Of a stretch of 64,000 nt of DNA, positions 8,343 through 18,476 are shown piece after piece. The notes below the pieces were generated by a model. The model did no database searches, had not been told where the DNA came from, and saw only the letters and a list, made by a program, of their open reading frames with translations. The number at the start of each line of letters is the position of its first letter. Position 1 is the stretch's first letter. The DNA lies in NCBI GenBank assembly GCA_047285305.1, contig JBJBDL010000003.1:704001-768000 (forward strand), in the 5' to 3' direction. The translations under genes and the position numbers were made by a program. The DNA comes from Synechococcus sp. (lineage in GTDB: Bacteria; Cyanobacteriota; Cyanobacteriia; PCC-6307; Cyanobiaceae).

Positions 8343-9408
8343 CAAAGGTAAAGCCACCTTTGTGGCTGGTGCCATGGATTCTGAAGAGGCTGGTGCTCAG
8401 GCTGACGACGATGCCTTCAGCTTCTCTTACGACTACCGGCTTGGTCTGAAGACCTCCTTCACTGGAAAAGATCTTCTGTTTGCTCGCCTGCGTGCCGGCA
8501 ACATGAAAGATGGTTCCGCTTTCTCTGGCGGCTTCCGAAAGTTGGATGTTTCCGGTATGTCCGGCAACACCTTCAAGCTTGATCGCTTGTACTACAAGTT
8601 CCCGGTGGGTTCGGGTATTACAGCCATTGCTGGTCCTATGGCTCGTAACACCGAAAGCCTTGGCATGAAGCCAACGGCATACACGGTGAAGACTTTGAAT
8701 ATGTTCGGTGGCCAGTTTGGTGCTGGCAACGTTTACAACAAAGAGACCGGCGGTCTCGTTGGTGTGATCTGGAAGCAGAAAGTTGCCAAGGGTGAGCCCC
8801 GCTTGACAGCTGCTCTGAACTACGTCGCTGATGACGGGGAACAGGCCAGCTCCGCTAAGGGCATGTTCACTGCTCAATCCAAGGGCAACACCACCGCTCA
8901 GATTGGATACGGCACCAAGCAGTGGGGAGCTGCTCTTGGTTACCGCTATGGCCAGTGTGGTGCAGGCTTCGGCACGGCATACAAGTCTGTCAAGCAGAGC
9001 TGTGGCAGCGACAATGTCGACTCCCAGAACTTTGCTCTGAATGGCTTCTGGAAGCCTGAGGAGACTGGTTTCATTCCTTCCGTAAGCCTTGCCTACGGCT
9101 GGTCTGATCTTGAAGGCAGCACCGTCGACGAGGCCCGCACTTGGATGGTGGGTCTTCAGTGGGACAAAGTCGCGAATACCTCCCACAGCCTGGCTGTTGG
9201 TTTTGGAGCTCCCTTGTATGTCGAGTCCCAAGACGGTACTGACCCCGATGCTCCCGATCTCGCTTGGGAAGCCTCTCTGAAGTACAAGGTCTCCAGCAAG
9301 ATCACCATGATTCCTGCAATCTTCTATCTGCCTGAGTCCAGCTCCAGCCAGGGTGTATCTGGCAAGGAGCAGTTTGGTGCCGTCCTCCAGACCGTCTTCA
9401 AGTTCTGA
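7906..9408 (+). CDS. som: Cyanobacterial outer-membrane porin 2 (SLH + barrel)
   Basis: Same N-terminus as porin 1 from ATG 7906; divergent barrel; C-terminal 'QTVFKF'. Confidence 0.95.
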   Translation: MKLFQQLLVAPAALGLMAAGANAAELNINGVSDYAASADQVTSVTQFSDVYPTDWAYQALAGLVETYGCVAGYPNGTFRGNRAMTRFEAAALLNACLDRVTEVTDELRRLMAEFETELAILKGRVDGLEARVGELAATQFSTTTKLKGKATFVAGAMDSEEAGAQADDDAFSFSYDYRLGLKTSFTGKDLLFARLRAGNMKDGSAFSGGFRKLDVSGMSGNTFKLDRLYYKFPVGSGITAIAGPMARNTESLGMKPTAYTVKTLNMFGGQFGAGNVYNKETGGLVGVIWKQKVAKGEPRLTAALNYVADDGEQASSAKGMFTAQSKGNTTAQIGYGTKQWGAALGYRYGQCGAGFGTAYKSVKQSCGSDNVDSQNFALNGFWKPEETGFIPSVSLAYGWSDLEGSTVDEARTWMVGLQWDKVANTSHSLAVGFGAPLYVESQDGTDPDAPDLAWEASLKYKVSSKITMIPAIFYLPESSSSQGVSGKEQFGAVLQTVFKF

Positions 9409-9412
9409 TCAT

Positions 9413-9499
9413 GTGGCCCAACTTCGGTTGGGTCATCAGAACACTTTCCTCACACACACATACATACATCAAGCCCTTCTCCTACGGAGGGCTTTTTTT
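9413..9499 (+). ncRNA. Candidate Yfr1-like sRNA in porin 2 3' UTR
   Basis: 10-bp stem with C(UUCG)G loop (9413-9436), unpaired CA-rich linker containing TTCCTCACACA (9446-9456), terminator hairpin 9471-9499. Confidence 0.6.
9471..9499 (+). terminator. Rho-independent terminator after porin 2
   Basis: AAGCCCTTC...GGAGGGCTT followed by a T run. Confidence 0.85.
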
Positions 9500-9527
9500 A
9501 TGGTCGTTCTGCGGTCAAGCTGCAGCC

Positions 9528-10496
9528 ATGAGCATCGCGCCTGATATCACGGCCTTGATCGGTGGCACGCCCCTGGTGCGGTTGAACCGTCTTCCTCAGG
9601 CCTGCGGCTGCCAGGCCGAAATCCTGGCCAAGCTGGAGAGCTTCAATCCCTCCGCCTCGGTGAAAGACCGCATCGCCAGTGCCATGGTGCTGGAGGCGGA
9701 ACAAGTCGGCACGATCGTTCCCGGCAGAACGGTGCTGGTGGAACCCACCAGCGGCAACACCGGGATCGCTTTGGCCATGGTGGCGGCGGCCCGTGGGTAC
9801 CGGCTGATTCTCACCATGCCGGACACCATGAGTACTGAGCGTCGGGCGATGCTGCGGGCCTATGGCGCCGAGCTGCAGCTCACCGATGGTGCCCAGGGCA
9901 TGAATGGGGCCATCGCCCTAGCCAAGGAGTTGGTTGAGGAGATTCCCAATGCCTACCTGCTGCAGCAGTTCGATAACCCCGCTAATCCAGCCGTGCATGA
10001 ACGCACCACGGCTGAAGAGATATGGCGCGATACCGAGGGTCAGATCGATGCCTTTGTGGCAGGGGTGGGGACTGGTGGCACCATCACCGGCTGTGCCCGT
10101 CTGTTGAAACAGCGCCAGCCTCAGCTTCAGGTGATTGCCGTTGAGCCCGAGGCCAGTGCTGTGCTTTCAGGTAAGTCCCCTGGGGCCCATCGCATTCAGG
10201 GGATCGGGGCTGGTTTTGTTCCTGCGGTGCTGGAACTGGACCGGATTGATTCGATCCTCACGGTGAGCGATGAAGAGGCGATGCAGGTGGGCCGGAGTTT
10301 GGCCCGGGAGGAAGGTCTGCTCTGCGGGATCAGCAGTGGCGCGGCCATGGCAGCGGCCTTGCGGGTGGGTCAAGATCCCGCCATGGCTGGAAAACGGCTG
10401 GTGGTGATGCTGGCTAGTTATGGCGAGCGATACCTCTCCACCCCGATGTTCAGTGCTGCGTCGCAACTTCCCGCTCGAAGGGATGGTCAGCTGTGA
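9528..10496 (+). CDS. cysK: Cysteine synthase A (O-acetylserine thiol-lyase)
   Basis: '[14 protein letters not shown]', 'EPTSGNTG', 'GVGTGGT', 'GERYLST'; start at ATG 9528. Confidence 0.95.
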   Translation: MSIAPDITALIGGTPLVRLNRLPQACGCQAEILAKLESFNPSASVKDRIASAMVLEAEQVGTIVPGRTVLVEPTSGNTGIALAMVAAARGYRLILTMPDTMSTERRAMLRAYGAELQLTDGAQGMNGAIALAKELVEEIPNAYLLQQFDNPANPAVHERTTAEEIWRDTEGQIDAFVAGVGTGGTITGCARLLKQRQPQLQVIAVEPEASAVLSGKSPGAHRIQGIGAGFVPAVLELDRIDSILTVSDEEAMQVGRSLAREEGLLCGISSGAAMAAALRVGQDPAMAGKRLVVMLASYGERYLSTPMFSAASQLPARRDGQL

Positions 10497-11161
10497 GCGA
10501 CCCCTATGCCGTGCTCGGTGTCAGCAGCACCGCCAGCAACGCTGAAATCAAGGCGGCTTATCGCCAGCTGGTGAAGCAGCACCATCCCGATGCTGGAGGC
10601 GACGACCATCAGATGCTGGCCCTTAATGCTGCCTGGGAAGTCCTCGGGGATGTCGAGCGTAGGAAAGCCTTTGATCGCACGCGGCCTCAGCCGGGCCGGG
10701 CCGCATCCCCGACGGATCTGCGCCGGGCCAGTCGTGCCCATGAGCGTGCTGTGGCTGCGGACGATGCCCTGGTGGAGTGGTTGAGGCAGGTTTATGCCCC
10801 CATTGACCGCATGCTTGGTCAGGTGATCAATCCCTTCCCCAAGCAACTCAAGGCACTGTCGGCTGATCCCTACGACGACGAGCTTATGGATGCGTTCTGC
10901 AGCTATCTCGAGGCGAGCGGACGACGGATGGACAAGGTCAAGCAACTGTTCCAGTCACTGCCCACGCCGGTCTCAGCCCGTGGCTTTGGCCTGAGCCTCT
11001 ATCACTGCCTCTCTGAAGTGGAGGACGCTCTGGCAGAACTGGAGCGATACACCATGGGTTACGTGGATGGGTATCTCCACGATGGTCGCGAGATGCTTCG
11101 GGAGGCCAAGCAACGACGCAAGCGGCTCCAAGATGAACGGCGTCGCTTGGAGATCCTGTGA
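10493..11161 (+). CDS. DnaJ (J-domain) protein
   Basis: 'DPYAVLGV...[12 protein letters not shown]' HPD motif. Confidence 0.9.
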   Translation: MSDPYAVLGVSSTASNAEIKAAYRQLVKQHHPDAGGDDHQMLALNAAWEVLGDVERRKAFDRTRPQPGRAASPTDLRRASRAHERAVAADDALVEWLRQVYAPIDRMLGQVINPFPKQLKALSADPYDDELMDAFCSYLEASGRRMDKVKQLFQSLPTPVSARGFGLSLYHCLSEVEDALAELERYTMGYVDGYLHDGREMLREAKQRRKRLQDERRRLEIL

Positions 11162-13218
11162 AACAGCGTTGGCGTTTCTGGGCTTCGGTTGGCCTGATCT
11201 GGGTGCTCTCCACCCTGGTGGATCGGCTTTGGTGGACCTTGCAGACCGGTGTTCCCGCCTGGGATCAAGCCGATTATCTCAATAGCGCCATGGACCATGG
11301 TCGCGCCTTGGGCTTGCTGCCCGGTGGGGGTTGGCAGGGTTGGCCGGCGCTGCTGGATCTATCACCGAAGATTCCACCCCTGGCTTCGCTGGTGAACGGC
11401 AGCGTGATGGCCTTGAGTGGTGATGCCCCGGAGCAAGCGGCCTGGAGCCTGAGTCTCTGGCACGGGTTGCTCCTGGTGGTGATGGCGGGTTGGGGCCGAC
11501 GGCTGCAGGGGGATGGCCTGGCCTTGATCGCCTGCCTGTTGGCGGCATTGACGCCAGCCTTTCTGGATCTGCGCACGGACTACGTGTTGGAGATGGCTCT
11601 GGTGGCCAGTTGCAGCCTGACGATCTGGCGCCTTGGGGTCTGGTGTGACCCTCAGACTGGAGGGCTCTGGGGGCAGGCCTGGGGTTGCACTCTGGCAGCC
11701 ATTGCAGCGGTGCTGGTGAAGCAGAGCGCCCTTCTCGTGCTTGTCCCTGCGGGACTCTGGGCTGCGGGGATCGCGTTGCAGCGGGGTGGCCCTTGGTTGC
11801 GGCAGGCCCTGCTCTTGCCCCTGCTCACGGCGGCGCTGATCGGCCCCTGGTTGCGTCACAACTGGATCACAAGCCTGGGCGGCACCAACCGGGCTGTGTT
11901 CGAGTCGGCGGTCCGGGAGGGGGATCCGGGCGCGCTCAGTCTGGCCGGCTGGCTTTGGTATCCCCGGATTTTGCCGATACAGCTGGGCAGCGCGTTGTTG
12001 TTGGTGGGGCTGTCAGGGTTGTTGCTCTGGTGGCTGCAGCGCCAGCAGTGTTCAACTGATCATGCCTGGTCCTGGCGCTGGCTCCTGCTCAATCTTGTGG
12101 CGGCCTGGGTGTTCACCACCCTGAGTCCGAACAAGGACGCTCGCTACATCACGCCGCTTTTGCCATCACTGGTGTTGCTCCTGGCTCGAGGGTGGTGGCA
12201 ATGGGGCCATTGGTTCGAGTCCAGGTGTTCGAGGTTCGTGTGGCCCCTATTTGGTGCTGGGCTGCTGGCCTGTGTCCCAGCGGGCTGGGCCCATCAGCTG
12301 CATCGCTTTGAAGACAGGCCCCGTGGTCCGGTGGAGGCGCTGGTAGAGGCAGCTGGCGGTGCCGATCCAAGCACGTCTCCTGCCACGTTGATCGTGGTAC
12401 CCAGCACCTCCGATCTCAACCAACACAATGTCAGCTTCTACGGTCGTCGCCATGGGGGACAGACCGTTGGCCGGCAGCTGGGGGGCAGTCTCCAGGACCG
12501 TGAGCCTGTGCTGGCACGGACGGAATGGGTGGTGTTAGCGGAAGGGGACCAGGGATCGGTGCGCAAAGCGGCCCGATCCCTGGACCAAGCGGTGCGCAGC
12601 AGCGGTGTGTTCGAGCTGGTGCAGCAGTTCGAGCGTCCCCGTAGCGGGAGTTATTCGCTCTGGCGCCGCCGCGCGACGCATCCGATTGCGGGCCCATCCT
12701 TTGCGGAGCGTTTCCCCGACCTCGCCGCTGGCCTCGCGGCAGGGCCGGTGGGGCTAGATCCAGTGTTCGCTGTGGTAGGGCAGGAACACATGCTCGATGG
12801 CCATTTCAGCTATCGGGAGCCGGTGCGTTCTGAGGCCTTGGCGTCCTTGGCACAGGATCCCGATGCTGTGCAACCGCGTTGGACCCTTGCGCTGCTGGCA
12901 GTACTGGAAAACCGCCCTGTGCAGGCAGCTCAGCAATTCGAGGCCCTTCAACGGCTGTTGCCCGATAACCCCTGGCCAGCGGCCTATCGCAGTGTGGTCA
13001 CCCTGGCGAGTTGGAATCCCTGGCAGGCCGCCGCCGCTGCAGATAGTGCCAGCGTTTCGAATCCTGTGCTGTCGGCGCTCGGGGATCTCAGCGGCGTGCT
13101 CTCCGGTGCTGTTTGGCGCATCCCCGCTGCCATAACGTCAGTTCCAGCGGCCGTCACAGCCGTGGAGGAGGCCCTTGAGCCTGCCTCCAAACAAGATCAG
13201 GAGCAGGATTCCAGCTGA
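11158..13218 (+). CDS. GT-C (ArnT-like) membrane glycosyltransferase with soluble C-terminal extension
   Basis: 'PAWDQADYL', 'PKIPPL', 'NKDARYITP' motifs; multi-TM. Confidence 0.8.
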   Translation: MKQRWRFWASVGLIWVLSTLVDRLWWTLQTGVPAWDQADYLNSAMDHGRALGLLPGGGWQGWPALLDLSPKIPPLASLVNGSVMALSGDAPEQAAWSLSLWHGLLLVVMAGWGRRLQGDGLALIACLLAALTPAFLDLRTDYVLEMALVASCSLTIWRLGVWCDPQTGGLWGQAWGCTLAAIAAVLVKQSALLVLVPAGLWAAGIALQRGGPWLRQALLLPLLTAALIGPWLRHNWITSLGGTNRAVFESAVREGDPGALSLAGWLWYPRILPIQLGSALLLVGLSGLLLWWLQRQQCSTDHAWSWRWLLLNLVAAWVFTTLSPNKDARYITPLLPSLVLLLARGWWQWGHWFESRCSRFVWPLFGAGLLACVPAGWAHQLHRFEDRPRGPVEALVEAAGGADPSTSPATLIVVPSTSDLNQHNVSFYGRRHGGQTVGRQLGGSLQDREPVLARTEWVVLAEGDQGSVRKAARSLDQAVRSSGVFELVQQFERPRSGSYSLWRRRATHPIAGPSFAERFPDLAAGLAAGPVGLDPVFAVVGQEHMLDGHFSYREPVRSEALASLAQDPDAVQPRWTLALLAVLENRPVQAAQQFEALQRLLPDNPWPAAYRSVVTLASWNPWQAAAAADSASVSNPVLSALGDLSGVLSGAVWRIPAAITSVPAAVTAVEEALEPASKQDQEQDSS

Positions 13219-13451
13219 TCCATTCGCAGCCACACATCGGGCACCGGACGGTTCCAGCGCACCTGGCCGTAGTCCCCCTTCACCACCAGCAGCTCGCCGG
13301 GACCTTTGAAGATGTAGTCGGGTGCTGTGGGATCGCTGGCGCCAGCCTCAAGGCTGGAGCTGTAGGCGGCTCTGTTCACCTTGACCAAGGCACCTTTACG
13401 CAGCGCAGCAGGCTTGGCCTTGGCGGGGGCAGCGGCATCGGATTCGGCCAT
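13197..13451 (-). CDS. ndhO: NDH-1 subunit O
   Basis: '[11 protein letters not shown]...[14 protein letters not shown]...[13 protein letters not shown]'. Confidence 0.9.
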   Translation of the reverse strand: MAESDAAAPAKAKPAALRKGALVKVNRAAYSSSLEAGASDPTAPDYIFKGPGELLVVKGDYGQVRWNRPVPDVWLRMDQLESCS

Positions 13452-13533
13452 GACAGGGGGGCGTGATGGCACCAGGCTAAAACCAATTGCCCAAGAACCC
13501 CCTTAGCCTCCCAGCCGCACCACCCCCGCTTTC

Positions 13534-14463
13534 ATGCGTCTGTTGCTGTTTGGCTGCACTGGTTTTGTTGGCCGTGAGCTCCTACCGCTCCTGCTTCAGG
13601 CCGGCCATCAGCTCACGGTGGTCAGCCGCCGTTTGGCCCGTGGCTACGACGCTGAACGGGCGGATGGGCGACTGATCTGGATGCAGTTCGACCCCGCCAG
13701 CAGCAGCACCTGGGCCGACGCCGGGCTGTTGGATGCCCTCAACCAGGCCGATGCGGTGGTCAACCTGGCGGGGGAACCCATTGCCGAGAAGCGTTGGACC
13801 GCGACCCACCGGCAGCTGATAGAAACCAGCCGTCTGGAAACGACCTCTCAGTTGGTGAAAGCGATCGAGGCCTGTGCAACGCCACCAAAAGTGCTGGTGA
13901 ATGCCTCGGCGATTGGCTTCTACGGATCCAGCCTGGACAAGCGTTTTCTTGAATCGAGCACCCCTGGTGACGACTTCCTTGCGAGCTTGTGTGAGCGCTG
14001 GGAAGCGGCGGCTGAGGCGGTGCCTTCCGCTGTACGGCAGGTCACTCTGCGGATCGGCATCGTGCTGGCGGCCGACGGCGGCGCACTCGGAAAAATGCTT
14101 CCGGTGTTCCGCACAGGGTTTGGCGGTCCGATCGGCAGTGGCCGGCAGTGGATGAGCTGGATCCACCGCACTGACCTCTGCGCACTGATCCTTCAATCCC
14201 TCACGGACGAGAGCTGGAGTGGCGTGATCAATGCCGTGGCTCCTGAGCCGGTCTCGATGACGGCCTTCTGCAAGCAGCTGGGGCGCAGCCTGGGCCGTCC
14301 CAGTTTGTTGCCGGTGCCAGCTCCAGTGCTTCAGGTGCTTCTGGGGGATGGCGCCAAGGTGGTGTTGGAGGGCCAGCAGGTTGCTTCGGAGCGGCTTGAC
14401 GCCTTGAACTTCAGCTTCCGCTACTCCGATCTGGCTTCAGCACTCGCCGCTGCCACCAGCTGA
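13534..14463 (+). CDS. TIGR01777 family NAD-dependent epimerase/oxidoreductase (YfcH-like)
   Basis: 'GCTGFVG', 'VNLAGEPIAEKRW', 'GSGRQWMSWIH'. Confidence 0.9.
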   Translation: MRLLLFGCTGFVGRELLPLLLQAGHQLTVVSRRLARGYDAERADGRLIWMQFDPASSSTWADAGLLDALNQADAVVNLAGEPIAEKRWTATHRQLIETSRLETTSQLVKAIEACATPPKVLVNASAIGFYGSSLDKRFLESSTPGDDFLASLCERWEAAAEAVPSAVRQVTLRIGIVLAADGGALGKMLPVFRTGFGGPIGSGRQWMSWIHRTDLCALILQSLTDESWSGVINAVAPEPVSMTAFCKQLGRSLGRPSLLPVPAPVLQVLLGDGAKVVLEGQQVASERLDALNFSFRYSDLASALAAATS

Positions 14464-14683
14464 AGATGCCACTTACCAGCGCGGCCATGATCAACAGGCT
14501 GATGGCTGGGGCGAACAGGGGTTGCCACAGCAGCTGAACCTGGTCCATCAGCCAGTCATGGCCTTGGCCCTGCCGCACCACGGCTACGGCGAAGACCCCT
14601 GCTCCGATAAACACCAGCAGCACATTCACCATCAGCAGGCGGTCGAGCCAGCGTTTCCAGGCCGGTTCTGGTCGGGCACTCAT
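14411..14683 (-). CDS. Small membrane hypothetical protein
   Basis: 2 TM helices; start ATG 14683 overlaps stop of the upstream gene. Confidence 0.7.
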   Translation of the reverse strand: MSARPEPAWKRWLDRLLMVNVLLVFIGAGVFAVAVVRQGQGHDWLMDQVQLLWQPLFAPAISLLIMAALVSGIFSWWQRRVLKPDRSSGS

Positions 14684-15849
14684 GGAAGCAGTGCGCAAAT
14701 GGCTGCCGCCATTCTCGGGCCTCCACCAGCTTCCCCGAGGCGCCATTTGGCCTCCTCTTGGCATTGCTTTTGCAAGCCAAGATCCCGGCGTGCACGATCC
14801 AACAAAGCCATGGCGAGCCCCGCTGTTGCCTCTAAAGCCTCACGGCTGCCACTCTCCCCGTCGGCACAGAACACAGTGGGGCCCAGCAGGCGCCGTTGGG
14901 CTTCGGCGAATGCTGCTGTGAATTGAGGCCCCTGGCCCGGCACCTGCAGCACTGGTTTGCCCAGGCCAACGGCCTGCTCGATGGCGGTACCTGCCATGCC
15001 GATCACCAGATCGCTGTGCTGCAGCACGGTCCGGAAGGCCCCGCGGCGAACGTTGATCCCCCGTGCCCCCTCACGCTTCAGCACGCCGTCTACCAAGTGC
15101 CAACCGCATCGTTTGCTCAGCTGCCGCAAGCTGTCGTCATCGAGGCTGGGCACCAAGGCCAAATCCACGTTGCAGTGAATTGTGTCGGGCAGCAGCTCGA
15201 TCAGCCGCAGCAACAGCTGCAGGTTCTGTTCCAGCTCCGGTCGGCGGCTGCCGGGCAGCAGACAGATGCGTGGCGTGCTGCTGGGCGGTGGGGTGGCCAT
15301 TGTGAGCACCGAATCCATGAACGGATTGCCCAGGAAGGTCACCGGTCGTAGCAGTTGTCTGCTGAGGTCCTCGGCGGTGCGTTGATCCCGGCTGTATACC
15401 GCTTTGAAGCGCTGGCTTTTCAACAGAGCGGCGCAGGGCCAGGGCAGGCGCAGTGTCCCTTCGTAGTGGCTGGAGTAGGCCACCAGGTAGGTCGCCACAG
15501 AGCGTTGGCTGAGCCATGCCGCGATAACAGGGATCACATCCCCCACCACCAGGATCAGATCAAAGCGCCGCCGGTGCCGCATCAGACGTATCAGGCGTCG
15601 GAGCAGATACAACACTTGCCCTTGGGCGATCTCGGTGAGGCGGCCGCGAAGGCTGGTGTAGCCAATGCCGCCGGTGCTGAATTCATGGCTGCGTCCCAGC
15701 AGTGGCACCCCGGCCCTCTGATAAGCGCTGCCAAGGCCCACCAGTGGGAGCGCCTGCACGTTGTGGCCCCGCTGCTGAAGCTCCTGGGCCAGCAGCGCGC
15801 CCGACAGGTCTTCGCCGTGGCCATTGCTCAGCAGCAGGATGCGTGCCAT
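14680..15849 (-). CDS. Lipid-A-disaccharide synthase-related protein (TIGR03492-like GT-B)
   Basis: 'LLSNGHGED', 'GNPFMD', 'LLPGSR', 'GMAGTAIEQ'. Confidence 0.85.
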   Translation of the reverse strand: MARILLLSNGHGEDLSGALLAQELQQRGHNVQALPLVGLGSAYQRAGVPLLGRSHEFSTGGIGYTSLRGRLTEIAQGQVLYLLRRLIRLMRHRRRFDLILVVGDVIPVIAAWLSQRSVATYLVAYSSHYEGTLRLPWPCAALLKSQRFKAVYSRDQRTAEDLSRQLLRPVTFLGNPFMDSVLTMATPPPSSTPRICLLPGSRRPELEQNLQLLLRLIELLPDTIHCNVDLALVPSLDDDSLRQLSKRCGWHLVDGVLKREGARGINVRRGAFRTVLQHSDLVIGMAGTAIEQAVGLGKPVLQVPGQGPQFTAAFAEAQRRLLGPTVFCADGESGSREALEATAGLAMALLDRARRDLGLQKQCQEEAKWRLGEAGGGPRMAAAICALLP

Positions 15850-15863
15850 CGCCGGGTTTCTTA

Positions 15864-16031
15864 TCACCACATCCAGCTGCTTGGATCCGGAATGCCGTTG
15901 GCGCGCCTGGCCAGTTGCAACCGTCGCGCTTCGCTGGCCAGGCGTTCCTGCCGCAAATGAGCCGAACGATCCGCTGGAGGCCGTACGCGAACCTGGGACG
16001 GCAGACGGGTGATGGTCCAGGTGGCTGTCAT
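15864..16031 (-). CDS. 55-aa hypothetical sORF (MTATWTITRLPSQ...GIPDPSSWMW), below ORF-track cutoff
   Basis: ATG 16031 to TGA 15864; fills the gap co-directionally with both neighbours; coding-like codon usage. Confidence 0.6.
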   Translation of the reverse strand: MTATWTITRLPSQVRVRPPADRSAHLRQERLASEARRLQLARRANGIPDPSSWMW

Positions 16032-16066
16032 GCAGGGTCTGTCATGCGGGGTCTGTCAGGCAGAGC
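16025..16066. repeat. 3 x 14-bp tandem repeat
   Basis: CTGTCATGCAGGGT / CTGTCATGCGGGGT / CTGTCAGGCAGAGC. Confidence 0.75.
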
Positions 16067-16077
16067 GTCCGTTGTGA

Positions 16078-16497
16078 TCAGAGCTCAAGCCAGGCTTTCA
16101 CTTTTTCGAGAGCCTTCCAGCCGGGTTTGCGCTCAAGCCCGTCGGCGATCGAGGCCTTGAGTTCGCCGGACACCTCTGGGGCCAGAGTCATCACCTGCTG
16201 CACCACCTGGATGTGGTCCCGCACGCCCTTGGATTGGGTCTCCAGCAACGCCAGGCTCAGATTGATCCTGGCCTGGGGGTCCTGGCCGTTGAGTCTCACT
16301 GCGAAACGTGCCGACCGGAGTGCTTCTTCCGGTTGGTCGCAAAGCAGCTGCAACCAGGCCAGGCAGGTCCAGCCCGCTGATTGGCGGGGAGCGGCTGCAA
16401 CAATTCGGGCGAAATCAGGCAGCACCTCTACGGCTGCGGCGCCGGACTGATAGCGGTCCATGGCCTGTTCGAACAGGCTGTCCTGGGAAGTCTCCAT
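16078..16497 (-). CDS. TPR-repeat protein
   Basis: 'WTCLAWLQLL...ALRSARFAVRLNGQDPQARINLSLALL' TPR pattern. Confidence 0.8.
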   Translation of the reverse strand: METSQDSLFEQAMDRYQSGAAAVEVLPDFARIVAAAPRQSAGWTCLAWLQLLCDQPEEALRSARFAVRLNGQDPQARINLSLALLETQSKGVRDHIQVVQQVMTLAPEVSGELKASIADGLERKPGWKALEKVKAWLEL

Positions 16498-16546
16498 CAA
16501 CAGGGAGAGGGCAGTGATCTCCCCTCAGATTCCCACGTGGCTTCGC

Positions 16547-16939
16547 TCACACCGCGAAGGAACTGCCGCAGCCACAGGTCTGGCTGGCATTGGGGTTGGT
16601 GAAGTTGAAACCACCACCGATCAGGGCTGTGCTGAAGTCCAGCTGCATTCCGTAGATGTAAAGCAGGCTCTTGGGATCACAAATCACCCGGAAGCTTTGG
16701 CCATCAGCCGCCACGTATTCGTAGGTCTCGTCGTCGTCGAGGGTGTCTGAGTTGGGCACGAAATCCATCGTGTAGCTCATGCCGCTGCAGCCCCCGGAGC
16801 GGACCCCGACGCGGAGCACCTGGTTGTCACCCTGGTCGCTGCAAAGCTTGGCCAGCTGCTGCATCGCCGGTTCGGTGATCAGGATGCCCTTGCCGTCTTT
16901 GGCGGTATGGGCCGGCGCCCTATCGGGAGTGGATGTCAT
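16547..16939 (-). CDS. iscA: Fe-S cluster assembly A-type carrier (IscA/HesB)
   Basis: 'GGCSGMSY' and C-terminal 'TCGCGSSF'. Confidence 0.95.
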   Translation of the reverse strand: MTSTPDRAPAHTAKDGKGILITEPAMQQLAKLCSDQGDNQVLRVGVRSGGCSGMSYTMDFVPNSDTLDDDETYEYVAADGQSFRVICDPKSLLYIYGMQLDFSTALIGGGFNFTNPNASQTCGCGSSFAV

Positions 16940-16962
16940 GGAAAACGCAGGCTCGTGCTCTC

Positions 16963-16988
16963 ACTCTATGAACGCTCATACATAGAGT
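16963..16988. promoter_or_regulatory. Inverted repeat forming back-to-back -10 elements between iscA and crtQ
   Basis: ACTCTATG-N10-CATAGAGT; TAGAGT (TA-N3-T) on each strand. Confidence 0.5.
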
Positions 16989-17009
16989 CGCCTTAGTTGA
17001 ACAGATCTT

Positions 17010-18476
17010 GTGCGGGTCGCGATCGTTGGTTCCGGCCTCGCCGGCCTCTCCGCTGCAGTGGACCTTGTCGATGCGGGCCATGAGGTGAATCTCTACGAAG
17101 CTCGTCCGTTCATGGGCGGCAAGGTAGGCAGCTGGGTGGATGAGGGTGGTAACCACATCGAAATGGGGTTGCACGTCTTCTTCTTCAATTACGCCAACCT
17201 CTTCGCCCTAATGCGCAAGGTAGGAGCGTTCGACAACCTTCTGCCGAAGCAGCACACGCACCTGTTCGTGAATAAGGGGGGCGATCTGCGGGAGCTGGAT
17301 TTCCGCTTCCCCATCGGCGCACCCTTCAACGGCCTCAAGGCGTTCTTCACCACACCCCAGCTCAGCTGGATCGACAAGCTGCGCAATGCCCTGGCCCTGG
17401 GCACCAGTCCGATCGTGCGCGGCCTGGTGGATTACGAGGGGGCGATGCGCACCATCCGAGCCCTCGACTCGGTCAGTTTCCAGGATTGGTTTGTGGGCCA
17501 TGGCGGCAGTCCCGAAAGCATCCGTCGGATGTGGAATCCAATTGCCTATGCCCTGGGCTTCATTGACTGCGAGGCCATCTCCGCCCGCTGCATGCTCACC
17601 ATCTTCATGATGTTTGCGGCCAAGACGGAAGCCTCAAAGCTCAATTTGCTGAAGGGATCACCCCACCGCTGGCTCACGGGTCCCATCCTCGACTACATCC
17701 AGCAGCGTGGAGGCAAGTTGCATCTGCGTCATCGGGTAAAGCAGGTGGACTACAGCGAGGGTGAATCCCCTGAGATCACAGCCCTTCAGCTGGGAACGCC
17801 CGAAGGAGACATTCGTGTCGAGGCTGACGCCTACCTGGCCGCATGTGATGTGCCCGGGATTCAGAAACTGCTGCCCGAGGCCTGGAACCGTTACCCCCAG
17901 TTCAAGGCGATTCATAAGTTGGAGGCCGTACCCGTGGCCACCGTTCAGCTCCGCTACGACGGCTGGGTGACTGAGCTGGGTGATGCCCAGGAAGCTCAGC
18001 GCAGGGATGTGGCCACACCCACCGGGCTCAACAACCTGCTGTACACGGCTGATGCCGACTTCAGCTGCTTTGCTGATCTGGCCCTGGCCAGCCCGGAGGA
18101 TTATCGCAAGGAGGGAGAGGGCTCCCTTCTCCAATGCGTGCTTACCCCTGGTGATCCCTGGATTCCCAAGTCGGTGGACGAGATCGTGGCCCACACCGAC
18201 CGTCAGGTGCGCGAGCTTTTCCCCTCGGCCCGCAACCTCAAGCTCTCCTGGAGCAACGTGGTGAAACTGGCTCAGTCGTTGTATCGGGAAGCCCCGGGCA
18301 TGGAGCCCTATCGCCCGGAGCAGCGCACGCCGATTCGTAATTTCTTCCTGGCCGGTAGCTACACCCGCCAGGACTACATCGATTCGATGGAGGGAGCCAC
18401 GATGAGCGGTCATCTGGCGGCAGCAGCCATCCTCGATCAGCCTGTCAAGCTGGCCACCAACGCAGCGGTGGCCTGA
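17010..18476 (+). CDS. crtQ: Zeta-carotene desaturase
   Basis: 'GSGLAG', '[10 protein letters not shown]', '[14 protein letters not shown]'. Confidence 0.95.
   Translation: MRVAIVGSGLAGLSAAVDLVDAGHEVNLYEARPFMGGKVGSWVDEGGNHIEMGLHVFFFNYANLFALMRKVGAFDNLLPKQHTHLFVNKGGDLRELDFRFPIGAPFNGLKAFFTTPQLSWIDKLRNALALGTSPIVRGLVDYEGAMRTIRALDSVSFQDWFVGHGGSPESIRRMWNPIAYALGFIDCEAISARCMLTIFMMFAAKTEASKLNLLKGSPHRWLTGPILDYIQQRGGKLHLRHRVKQVDYSEGESPEITALQLGTPEGDIRVEADAYLAACDVPGIQKLLPEAWNRYPQFKAIHKLEAVPVATVQLRYDGWVTELGDAQEAQRRDVATPTGLNNLLYTADADFSCFADLALASPEDYRKEGEGSLLQCVLTPGDPWIPKSVDEIVAHTDRQVRELFPSARNLKLSWSNVVKLAQSLYREAPGMEPYRPEQRTPIRNFFLAGSYTRQDYIDSMEGATMSGHLAAAAILDQPVKLATNAAVA

Noticed and set aside
6252..9231. Long antisense ORFs (351 aa, 502 aa) opposite the porins
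   Set aside because: Shadow frames produced by the strong codon bias of highly expressed genes; no recognisable motifs
9451..9470. (CA)n/TACA microsatellite as a phase-variation tract
   Set aside because: Short, non-coding and better explained as the unpaired linker of the candidate sRNA
9411..9527. 39-aa N-terminal extension of CysK in the ORF track
   Set aside because: Runs through the terminator; homologous CysK begins at MSIAPDIT (9528)
15880..16070. Possible structured ncRNA (CCTGGCCAG...CTGGCCAGG hairpin)
   Set aside because: No tmRNA, 6S, SRP or RNase P hallmarks; region is explained by the 55-aa sORF
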